64,000 nucleotides of DNA from Glaucostegus cemiculus (lineage: Eukaryota). A program made the position numbers and the translations under genes. Shown here piece by piece: positions 52,930-64,000 of the stretch. Where the stretch lies: assembly GCA_976551045.1 (NCBI GenBank), contig CDPCPM010000033.1, forward strand, positions 25,978,001 to 26,042,000, read 5' to 3'. The notes beneath the pieces were generated by a model, which was not told where the DNA came from, searched no databases, and saw nothing but the letters and a program-made list of their open reading frames with translations. The first letter of the stretch is position 1, and the number at the start of each line of letters is the position of its first letter.

Positions 52930-53475
52930 GTAAGTGTAAGAATTGCAGCTTGATTTACAACCCGAACCTGTAGACTCGAGTGTGCAAAGCTGATGGTTTT
53001 ACAAACCTATAAAAATGTCTAGACGCCTGCCCAAGTCTGAAAAGCCACAGCCAGCAGTAAAAAGTTTATATTGTTTACAGAGAATTTTTACACACAAATT
53101 TGCGCGAGACTATAAAACCTTATTTTCAAGCTGATGCACTGCTTCTCGCTAAATTTGACAGGGCTTTCCGAAATTTGAAGATAAAATGTACTGGTTTTTT
53201 TACTAATTTAAAGTAATTGTGTTTTTTTTCACTACTCCCAGCATGGCGTTTTGTTTATTTTTGATAGTAAGCCACGTCCAGATATGCTCGAATCTACTGA
53301 AGGCAAATAGTCATTCCAGTTCTGAATATATCGTCCTGAACTTGACAACACAAATAGCACTGTAACTTTCAGTAATTTTATTGAGTTTGTGGGAATTCTT
53401 GAGACAGTCTGAAATCCCACGAAAGGTATTCAGAAGCTAACCACAATTTAATTCCTGTTTATTTCTTGCTTCCAG

Positions 53476-53717
53476 ATCACCCAGCAATAAATTGGATCCA
53501 CGCTCGCTCTACTAGGAAGAAACGTTGCCCCTACACCAAGTACCAGACGCTTGAATTGGAAAAGGAGTTTTTATTTAATATGTATCTTACCAGAGACCGC
53601 CGTTATGAAGTTGCTAGAATTTTAAATCTTACCGAGCGGCAAGTAAAAATTTGGTTTCAAAACAGAAGAATGAAAATGAAAAAGATGAACAAAGTGAAAA
53701 ACAACGAAGAACCGTGA
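53476..53717 (+). CDS. hoxd9: HoxD9 exon 2 (homeodomain)
   Basis: tccag|AT CAC...[68 protein letters not shown]; total 265 aa. Confidence 0.96.
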
Positions 53718-56700
53718 TTTCCTAACGATAGATCTGAAAACCATACAGACTTTGTAAAAAGTGTTTTGTCCATCTGGTGGTGCCTGGTCTATTCGAAGCA
53801 CGGTCTATGTTCCCAATGTTGTACTGTTTCAGAACAATCCTGTGTTTAAACAACTGCCTTTTATCTAGCGACTGTCCCTGATTTGCTGCTATGGGTTACA
53901 TTAAACAAAATTTAAACTGATGTCAGCACGTTAGTTGTATTACGTTAGAACTTCGACGACATTATTAAGATATACTTGTTTTATAGAGACATAAACACGC
54001 ACATTTGAACAGTTTGTTTATGTACAACGTGTAAAATTCCGTGTTTCTGCTGTATTGCTAGAATAATGTTTAGATATAAATTTAGAGGGAAACAATACAA
54101 TGCCATTTTACGCAGTTTTAATGCCAGTTCTCTGTGGAATGTAATGCAAACGTCGTACATCATTGTTAATTTCCGATGGAATGAGACTATCACTGTGCTG
54201 ATAAAAGGCAATGTAATATTTATTTATAATGTTTCAGGTTAACTTCGCGAAGCATCACGGTCACTCTTGAAAGACGTCTAGTCCTCGAATAACTTAAAAG
54301 TGTCATTGAACAGTAGGCATTTTGACTAAAGAACACAAATAAATAGAACTTGTTTAAATTTTGTTACTTTTCCTGTGACTGTGGGAATCTTTTTTTACTG
54401 CGTTTGGGACAATCTGAACCAAGTTTATTTTAGCGACATGACTAAGAACTGCTTTAATGCGGAGCCAATGGCGTCGATGTGAATACTCTTGTAAAGAGCC
54501 AGTGACTTGGGTCATTACATAAGTCAAATCCATTGTATTTAATAAGAAAATATAATTTCACCGTAGTTTCTGGCTTACTCCCGATCCTCTACGTTATTTA
54601 ATAGCTACCACAGATGTGACAATAAAAATTATACTGTGCTACAAAAGTCAAAATGCTATAAATAAAAGAGGAATGTTCCACTTATGTACGCTGTTTTCTA
54701 CCTCACTTTTGGTCAATGAGATAACAATAAAATGTTTATGAACATTTCAGGTTTGCTGCCTGGGCAAAAAGTAATTCACGATTCGGTAAACGCTCTTGGG
54801 ATGCAGGCAGCCGAGCATAGTATGAGGACCTACATATTCCGTTAGTTTGACTTTACACCTTGTTTCAGTTTTACATTTAAAACAGTCACTACTGTTGATT
54901 GGATGGCATTATCAGGGTGATACAAAAACGATTTCCTTCAGCTTACCCGAAAAACACTCCTATTTTAGCATCTGATGGAAATGGACTGTTTGATAGCATA
55001 AATTATAAACCCGGTTGGGAAATCTTGGAATTTTTGGATGTGGCAGTTAGAAGCTATCAACCATACGCATGCTGGTGCACTTTCGTTTTGTAGATAAAGT
55101 TGCTCATGGGTTTTAATCAATTCATTTTATATATATCTAGGGCACACGAGATGGTGTTTGCTTAAAGTCGGTTGCCCGTCTCTTAAAGCAAATCTTTATC
55201 CACTGTTGATAGATTTTCAATAATTTCTCCCTTTCTGCTTGAGCAGTCTGTTTTTTTATAAATGTTATTCATCTGCAAGACCTAATCGCACTTTGGGATA
55301 GATGACACAGATATATATATTGCATTAGTTAATTAAGAATATAAATGCAAACAACCGCAGTATTACTGAGAAGACATTGTATACGGAGGAGGTATAATGG
55401 ACCCATAAATGGCCACAAAGCACAAACAGTTCGAAAGCTTGATTTTATTTCACGTCACTGTCTCCGTTAGATATTCCACTGGAAACAAAGGCGTGATTTC
55501 TCAAATTAAAACCGTGTTCTTTTTGGAGAAGTTCCCAGAAAACGTGTCGTGTCCAGAGGTGTTGAATTGCAACGCCATCTATTGCCACATTTTTGCGTAC
55601 AGTACTTTAAAACAGGAAGGAACGGGATACGATAAACCCCACAACTGGCTAGACATCTTAATGGCTTTATGGGTTTCTTCGTGTAATTACGGACTTCTTT
55701 GAAATCAACCGATTCAATGTTTTTGTCTGTTGGTGACAAATAAAATGCAGACACTAGTTAAAGAGACGAAGACAATTAATTCCGCCTTGTCACTTAAATC
55801 TGGACAAATTGGTAACTATTCCCAAGCATATATGCAAGAAAATCAGCGCAGTGCACTCGGTATAAAGTAGATTTACATAAAATATTGGTCAGAATGTCCA
55901 ATTAAATAAACATAACGAGGAACCTGCAAGCTTAATTAACGGAAGGCTTGTAATAGAAAACAACAGACAAACAAGTATACTTATCTCTACTGCAATACAT
56001 TTTGTTACGCAAAATGCAAATAAATTATACTCGAATTTTGCTAACAAATAGTTCAAACAGCGAGTCAAAACAAAATTGAACAAAACTAAATTCTTTCAGT
56101 TGAGTCTCACGTTCCATGATCTTTTTCTCCACATTTTGCAACTCCAGATAAATGCTCCCGACTTCTCGCGCAAACGTTCACAACAATTCACGAAATCAGA
56201 GAAGGTTCTGATAGCAGCAATGGAGCACACCAATGACGCGGCATCGCAGCCTATAGAAGAACATATTTAGATGTTACCAGATTTTAATAGTCCCTAATAG
56301 GGCTCCCTTATGTCTCTCTGTTTATTTCATTGTCTGCGTATACATATGCAATCACATACATCTCCCTACACCCACCGCTTTCTTCACCCCAATTTTCCAT
56401 TCGTTTACCGACATAAGTATATTTTCTACTTTAGAAAATAATATATATAGAAAATTAGCGGAAAATGTGTCTTAGACAGCCATATCAGTAAAATATATTG
56501 AGTTGCCGAAAACATTCTGGCCAATAACAACCGAATGAAGTTGCAAATAATCAACTAACTTTTCGAACTTCAGTTGTTTTCGGTTGTAAATTCATGAAAG
56601 CCGGCGTCTAATAAGGTACAGAGCAGAAGAAATTGGGAATTTCAGTGACAATTCTGATTCAATTCACATGGAACTATTTCTAGCACCCATTGAGATCTAT

Positions 56701-56818
56701 TGCAGCTGTTTTTATGTTTCATTTCTTCTTCAACATTTTAATTTATTCTCAAGTGATTCGACTAGAAAAGGAACAAAAGTAGCCCGTGTTCCGACTTAGT
56801 TGTAATGCATACAATTGA

Positions 56819-56832
56819 CCACCGGGGAGCGC
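56819..56832 (+). promoter_or_regulatory. CTCF-like motif between HoxD9 and HoxD8
   Basis: CCACCGGGGAGCGC, a 12/14 match to the consensus, forming a GC island in AT-rich DNA. Confidence 0.5.
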
Positions 56833-59494
56833 CGTCGCTCCATTTTACCAAAATGGAAACTTAGGGTAACAACATAAAGATATAAAAAGGTTAAAAGCCA
56901 AGCAGTCATTTTTTTTCATATGACTTTTTTTTCAAATTTGGAAAACAGTAAGAGCTGAACCCTGAATTTTGACTGGAGTTTCAGAATAATTTTCACATCA
57001 CAGTTATAGACTCACAAAAAATAGTTGAAAATTAAACACGTGTGAACATGTGCTCGCTTGAACATTAAGGAATTCCAAATAACTTCATGGAAGTGTATCA
57101 TTAAATAATTACATTACAGAAGCTTTCCATATCAAAATATTTGTATGAATAAAATTGACTGATTTTTTAGAACAATGCACACCTGTTGTAAGTAATAGTA
57201 ATTTTAATTTTCTCACAAAAATCCCCATTAATTGCGGCTGCTCTCGCCTTTGTTCTAATGATGTTCATTCACCGAAATTCTAAAATGTGATATTTCTGCA
57301 ATAGACGCAGGCTTATATTACGGACAAAGTCGGCGCGATAGATATCAAATACACTGGTGTGGGAGTCGAGAAAAAGAATCAATCAGACTTTTTTTGTTTT
57401 TTTCCTCAGTTTTAATAAATTACGTTAGTTATGAAGAAAACTGAAAATAGACTAACCGGTGCAGCATTATTACAATAAATGGCGCATCGTTCGAGCTATC
57501 TTACTAACATTTAGAAATAACAATTGTTGTAATTATTTTTGATTTTTTCGTGTATTTCAGCCGTTAAAGAATAAAACCAATAGAGCCAGTTCCACGGTAT
57601 TTTTTTTACTATTCGCTTGACGGCAATTTTTACAATTTTCCAATAAAAATACTTCTTTCAAGAAATCTATAGTTTCCACGTATTTCTGAAACATTTTCAA
57701 GCGTTCTGAAGCAGATGTAGGTTTTTAAAGTAAAAATAGAATAAACCACATCACACTCACTGATTGAATGTCGCACGGTCTTGACGCGGGGACGTGTCCT
57801 GGAATAAACCGACTTCAATTAAGATACTGTTGAGCGTGAAAAAAGGGGGAATAAAATATTCAGATGCATTTTAAATTACAACGGCCGTTTGGAAATGAAT
57901 TTTCAACAAGAAAGTCCTTTCCTAAGATTCCGACAGATACGCTTGCGGCTGATTACCTTTTCCAAAACAAAATTAATGCATTATCTTAAAAATAACCAGC
58001 AATATTGTATAATTGCAAATAATTATATTTTCTATTTGTTTGTCTCTGATAATTGGGAGAATTATTCAGTAAACCCAATTAGTATTAATTTCTATTTTTC
58101 GGGGTTTTGACGTACTGTCTTTTGATTAAAAGTGGCTTTGCAATCGGTTGTGGAAAACAAAAAAATATTAAAATGGTTAAAATTAAACTAAATGCGTGTG
58201 CGTTTACGCTTTGCAACCCGACGGGGCCTGAATTTTAAAATATTATCATAACTTGTTCGTATAAAAAGAGCGCCGGAGAAAATCTTTGAATTTACTTTTC
58301 AAATAAATTTGCTTAAACGAAGCGAACATTGCGGTAATCAAGATATCTTGTAGAAAATCAAATGGATACACGCAAATATGTGCGGAACAAAATTAATATG
58401 CAGCATATTTTTGTATAACAAATTAATATAAATATTCATCATACTGGAAAAATTGTTTACCGGAGACTTGAACTGTGGCTGTGAGCAAGTGTTTCTCGTC
58501 TACAATAGAGTTAAAACTGGGCAAAATATCGCGTTTTGGCCTATTTCTATCTTCAAAAGTGGAAATATTTTGTTATAATTACGGGAAGAATCGTGTTGAA
58601 AATTGCGAATTATCAGCTGTGTTTTTCTTATACAAAGAAATGAAAAAAATGCAGAAAAAAGAATATAGTTGCAGTGGTCCATTAAATATTAGACTTAAAA
58701 TGACTGATTGTGTCCACTTTGAACGAACATACAGTGCATGCATCGAGGAAGAACTTGAATTCTTTTGGTTAGCAGTTAGTGAAAACATTGCTAATTTTAT
58801 TTCCCTGCAGCATTCTGTGGGTTGAGACAACCACCGGAGCGTGAGGAACAAAGTTCACTGGTGAATTCAAGTTTCACCAGATCAAGCAGTCTTTTCGATT
58901 AAACTTTAAGCGCAGTGATTTGAATTGGGGAAGGGGGACGGGGTTGGTGGGGGGGGGGGGGGAGTGTGAGGAATGGGATTCGGAGTATATCTGAGCAATT
59001 CCGGAGCTCGGGACTTGATGGCTACCATCTCAGCCTTGTTACTTCTCCCGATTTTGCAGCTCTTGCTGAAATTTCAACCACAAGCAGCAAACTTTGTCTT
59101 GCCCTGCAGATCCGAGCTGCTTTTCTCGGCAATGACGTCTGCCATGGGTGAAATGATGGAAATTGTATTCACAAGCATGATTTTCATTAGCTAGCAATTA
59201 ACCTCCAAGTTTCAGTCAAGCGAGCATATTTTTTTAAATTTAGGCAAGGATTACTCTTTCTTCCTGTTCTTCGTAGACACATTGTTTCACAAAGCATATT
59301 AATGCTAGTTGATAAAATGGTTTACTTTAAACAGGCATCATTTTTTGTGCATCTGCTTCCTATTTAGACCTAATAATAGTAATAACTATTGCCGACTCAC
59401 ATCAGTTTATACGTAAACGACAGGTATCAGTGCGCCAATGTACCTATATAAATATAATACAAAAAAGTCACATACATTTATATTATATACATGA

Positions 59495-59544
59495 GTGTGT
59501 GTGTGTGTGTGTGTGTGTTTACGTGTGCGTCTGTGTGTGTGTGT
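59495..59544 (+). repeat. (GT)n microsatellite
   Basis: Interrupted GT run seen directly. Confidence 0.93.
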
Positions 59545-60201
59545 AAGCTAAGTAGGCAGACAGAGTGACAGGCGCAAGCAGATTCTACAAGATTTACAGA
59601 AAGAGCCAGCACCAAATAATCCCTAATGTTAATTCTAACTTTAGCCTTTTAGCCCTCCAGCCTCCACCATCCCCCATTCCCCATTTTTGACTATGTCTTG
59701 ACCTTGAGACCAGTCTCACCTTGTTGTGTTCTGAAATCTAATTGCTGTGCTGTAACCGGGCCAGCTTCATTTCTCTTCAGCTGAGTGGCGCACGTATTTC
59801 ATGTTTTCTGTGATGCGGCCCGCCTAATTGTAATGAGAGGGTGCTGAATATATTAATCCGCATGTTATCTTTTTCCCCCGATCTGTATGCCCTCTACTTT
59901 TTAAAAAATATCATTTCTCAGCACAGACGTGTTGTCCGCGAAGGCAGTTACTGTAAACGGCAATCAAAGATCTCTTCAGCTGGCTTACAACTGAGCTGCG
60001 GTTTCAAAGTGAAGCAGTCAAAGCAGTGAGGCAGTGGTGCACCTACAGTATTAGCGAGTATGTTCCACGGGGCATCAGTGCACACTGGACCTGCATTGCC
60101 ATCATGAACACTGTGTAGACCGGGCAAACCAATAACATCACTCCAGTACTGTTTAACATTTATTTTGTTTATATTCATTGGCCATTCTAGAGTCTGCACA
60201 G

Positions 60202-60628
60202 ATGAGTTCATATTTTGTAAATCCATTCTACTCCAAGTACAAGCCAGGAGAAGCCCTAAGTCCCACTTACTACGACTGCCGGTTTCCACAGGACGTGACT
60301 AGCAGACACGCTGTGGTCTATGGTCCCAGCAGCGGCGCGAGCTTCCAGCACCCAGCTCAAGTTCAAGAATTTTACCATCATGGGACACCAGCACTTCCTA
60401 ATACTGGCTTTCAACAGAATCCTTGTGGAATTACGTGTCATGGTGACCCCTCTAAATTTTACGGATACGATAACTTACAAAGACAGCAAATTTTTACGAC
60501 ACAGCAAGAGGCCGATCTGCTACAATATCCTGACTGTAAATCGTCTAGCAGTAATATTGGCGAAGAACCAGAGCACTTAAATCAGAACTCGTCTCCTACT
60601 CAAATGTTTCCCTGGATGAGACCTCAAG
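60202..60628 (+). CDS. hoxd8: HoxD8 exon 1
   Basis: MSSYFVNPFYSKYK, CHGDPSKFYGYDNLQRQQIF, hexapeptide MFPWMRPQ; phase-1 donor CAAG|gttgga. Confidence 0.96.
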
Positions 60629-60851
60629 GTTGGATATATTAAAATTAGCTTCCATCTCACGTTTTACTGCTCAGTTCTGCCGCCAAGGTGTTTAATGCTA
60701 TCTATAATAGTTAGCTTTAATAGGAACACTTTCTTTCTGTAACATGACGGAGCAAAGCAGAAATCGTTGCCCTTGTGGCTAGTCTGTCGTTATTTGACTG
60801 TGTGCATTTTACCCAATCTTTATTGTCTTTTGTGTTTCTCGTGTTGTTTAG

Positions 60852-61147
60852 CAGCGCCTGGTAGACGCAGAGGGAGACAAACTTACAGCCGATTCCAAAC
60901 CCTGGAGCTGGAGAAGGAATTCCTGTTCAATCCGTATCTGACGCGAAAGCGAAGGATCGAAGTTTCTCATGCTCTGGGACTGACTGAGAGACAGGTGAAG
61001 ATTTGGTTTCAAAACAGGAGAATGAAATGGAAAAAAGAAAACAACAAGGACAAATTCCCAACCTCTCGGAACGACGACGAGGGGGAAGAGGTCAAGAAAG
61101 AACAGGAAGAGCCTGAGCAGGACACAACAGAGAAGGAGACCAAGTAA
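60852..61147 (+). CDS. hoxd8: HoxD8 exon 2 (homeodomain)
   Basis: tttag|CAG|CGCCT tandem acceptor; [69 protein letters not shown] with an acidic tail; about 240 aa. Confidence 0.96.
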
Positions 61148-61536
61148 CTTTACCCCTTTGGCCTCAGAGAAGAACGCCATTCAGATTGTGCCAATTCCAC
61201 TGTTAGACGTGTTGATCAGATTGAGTCCTCCAGCACATTGATGGTTAGTTTGGTGTAAACAGTCCACCAGCTTTTGAAGTTCTTTCGAGCCTTAATTCAA
61301 CATTATTTCTAATGAGGTCTGTGTGCATCATTTTAACCTTTTCAATCACACCCCGGCAGATATAGTATCAACTGTCCCATAGAATGTTGCAACTCCCTTT
61401 AAAAGTGGAAAGTTGCAATATCCCAGAAGAAACAGCCATTTTGAATAAAGATTTTATTGCTTTTAATAGGAGGAAAATATAAAATGAAATTGTGATTAAT
61501 TTAGTTTGTTGATTTTATTTAGCATTTGTGATTACA

Positions 61537-61557
61537 CCCAACAACATGAACTGCCTA
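61537..61557 (+). promoter_or_regulatory. miR-196 target site in HoxD8 3'UTR
   Basis: CCCAACAACATGAACTGCCTA versus the perfect complement of miR-196a, CCCAACAACATGAAACTACCTA: one missing A and one G:U pair. Confidence 0.88.
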
Positions 61558-62174
61558 ATAGAATGGATTATTTGGAATGTATTGCGAACACACTTAATTA
61601 ATGATAGAAACAAAACAGTGCACTTGCGATGTGTCTTAATTACTGTGCGTGTAAACTAATTGGTGGTGTATTGCGGCTGGAAATTCTCAACAATTACCTA
61701 TTCTCCGAAATGCAGTCAATAAACATAAGCAAAAAAAAATTACAAGGTATTCCGCAGCAATAGTCACTTTTTATGATGGTCGAATGTGATTAAATTAATA
61801 AATGTTGATTAAATTTAACTGTGTACTTGTTTCATTTTACGACCAGTGTCCCAAAGAAAATAAAAGTAACGTGTGCTTGATAGAGAATCGTTATGGCTTG
61901 ATTGAAACAATCAGCTGAGATCGCTGCAATTATCATTTAGCCAGCGTTCTGTGGCTCTTTCGAGTAGTTTCTGCAAGATTAAATCGAATGTACTTTATTT
62001 TTGTTTACCTCTGCGGTCACAAGGTGTCCGTCTGCCATACAGCACGGCAGTTCTGATCACTGGATGAAAAAGACTGAAGATGGTGTATTTTTATATGTAG
62101 TTATAAAAGTTAATGATAGAGCTGATGATTAGAATATTAGTTTATCTATGCCCTAAGTTAAATGTCCTTCGGGT

Positions 62175-62345
62175 GGCCATTGGCTAGTCGGATCACATGC
62201 CTGGCTCATGTGTGGCTAAAACGATGCAGTAAAAGTTAGTGTTTTGTGTAAAGCTGCGGTCTACTGTACACGTATATCAGCAAATCTCGTAAAACCGACA
62301 ATAAAATTCTAATACTACAAATCACTCGGCAAACTGAGGACTTCT
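62175..62345 (+). pseudogene. putative HoxD7 vestige (promoter and 5'UTR only, ATG lost)
   Basis: CCATTGGCT (62177) and GATCACATG (62191) Hox-promoter motifs, then GTGTAAA...TATATCA...TCTCGTAAAACCGACA (62285-62300)...CTACAAATCA (62315-62324)...CAAACTG. This follows the HoxA7/HoxB7 5'UTR as recalled and sits at the group-7 position. Confidence 0.65.
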
Positions 62346-64000
62346 AGGTTCCAATTTAGTCTTTTCCGCTTTGCAGGCTGGAGGCGAAAGCAGAATCTAC
62401 AGTTGTTGAATCGCCTTCCATTTTGCCATTAAACTTTACATAACCAGCGATCAACACACATTTAAACTTTAACGGGATTCAGAGCGCAAGCCCCGTACAT
62501 ATCCTTAGTACTGAAGTAGACGATTTTTAATGTCCACCTTTATGCACAAGTTAACAATGGCATGGTGAGGCTGAACAAAACAAAACAATAAGAGCAAACA
62601 GGAAACGATTCTAAGGAGGGGGAGGAAAAACATACTGCTACAATGTTATACAAACAACTAAAACAGCGGTATAAAATTATTAGTAGCGGAGTTCAAAATC
62701 TACGCTGATAACGCAATGATGTTAAGATAAATTCATAAACAGTTTTCAGATATATAATCGAGTTTACTTATATATTGCACAGTTAGGCGTTATACTCTTA
62801 CAATGTCCTAATCTTGCCAGGTACAGTTGCCAACTTAAACGTCAATTAACCATTTTAAAATGAGAAGAGACATATTTGCAAACTCCGGTTTTGCTGTTAA
62901 GGTTTATAGAATATATGTTCTATCATCCAATTTTTAAAAAACTGGCTTCATGCTTTATGTTAAAGCAAACGCATTTTATCGAATTCGTACTATGTCAGAA
63001 AGGTCCCAATTGACCAAGGAGATAAATGATTTCAGAAAATAAATCAATGATTTAAGAAGTAATATCAAGATTTCATTTTCATGATTGCCTTCTCCAGTTG
63101 GTGGAATATTCTTAGCACGATTTATTTCACCAGTTTTTCCAAACTTATTCTCACAATCTAATCAGATTTCCCCACAATCGTATGGACAATTGTGTTTTCC
63201 CAATAGCGTTCGTGATATGAATTTCCTTTCATAAAGAAAGCTTATCTTAAAAATGCACCATCTCTGTAATCAAATTCCAAACCAAATAATGACACAGAGA
63301 GTTATTTTGCCTTCGCTGCATTTTATATTTTGGTGGATCGATTATTTGTCTTCGTTGCATTATAAGCACCGACGGGTTGTACAATGGCACTAGATCTGGA
63401 TCTTAGCGGCGATCTTATTAGATGATGGAAATCTCACTGGAGGGTTTCAACGGAGGAATGAATGATGCAGACAACCAGGAGGCTTTCTGGTTGAATTTAA
63501 TCTGTGAGGGCGGGCCTTAAATTTCATAATTTCATCGACCTTTTAAAAAAAATGATATTCAAAAATTCTCCGACCTTTACAGATACGATTTAAAACAACC
63601 CTTGTGAATCCGTACAAATAGATGCTTTTATTTTTTTTTCTATCCATTAATTGTTTTAAGAAGCAGTCATCTGCAGAAAACTTTCCAGCCCACCCTGCGT
63701 ATAGTCCGACCTCCCCAGCCCACTCCAGAAAAAGAATTTTTGGATTAAGAGTTAATGGAATTTCAAAGGTTTAACATTTTATTTATGTTGCTTTGTATTT
63801 TAATTCCGCGACCCCAGCATTTTTGTGGACATCGTGAGTTACGTTTGAGAAATGGGTGTTTAACCGTTCAGCTTCTAGCGGACTGTTGTGTCATTTTTTT
63901 TCCGTAAAATTAATTGGAAGCCCGAGTCCAGAGACGATCTGCATTCAACATACGTAACCCCGCGGGAAACATGAGGCAAGAGGGAAAGGTGGATACCAAA

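Noticed and set aside
62530-62585. GGCTGAACAAAAC and TGTCCACCTTTAT, reminiscent of pieces of the Hoxc8 early enhancer
   Set aside because: Wrong relative orientation and located 3' rather than 5' of the group-8 gene; likely chance.
1-64000. CRISPR arrays, tRNA/rRNA genes, miR-10, transposase or reverse-transcriptase ORFs
   Set aside because: None seen. This is a vertebrate Hox locus, and miR-10 would lie further 3', near HoxD4, outside the window.

Overview
This is vertebrate genomic DNA covering the 5' (posterior) half of a HoxD cluster. Evx2 lies on the - strand (3 exons). It is followed on the + strand by HoxD14 (3 exons, split homeobox, WFQNQR), HoxD13, HoxD12, HoxD11, HoxD10, HoxD9 and HoxD8. 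All eight genes can be spliced by eye into intact ORFs with GT-AG introns in consistent phase. Evx2 linkage, an intact paralogue-14 gene and a HoxD13 without poly-Ala point to a cartilaginous fish, probably a shark or ray; the species cannot be determined. Non-coding highlights: (1) a promoter/5'UTR remnant 1 kb 3' of HoxD8 that resembles Hox7 genes but lacks the ATG, a likely vestige of the lost HoxD7; (2) CTCF-like motifs whose orientation flips across HoxD12; (3) a recurring TGACCTTG(A)/DR0 nuclear-receptor motif through the posterior cluster; (4) a near-perfect miR-196 site in the HoxD8 3'UTR, between two candidate poly(A) signals; (5) a decayed Deu-domain SINE and an old ~460-bp duplication between D14 and D13. 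Similarities to sequences outside this window come from recall and need alignment to confirm. Three N gaps are present.
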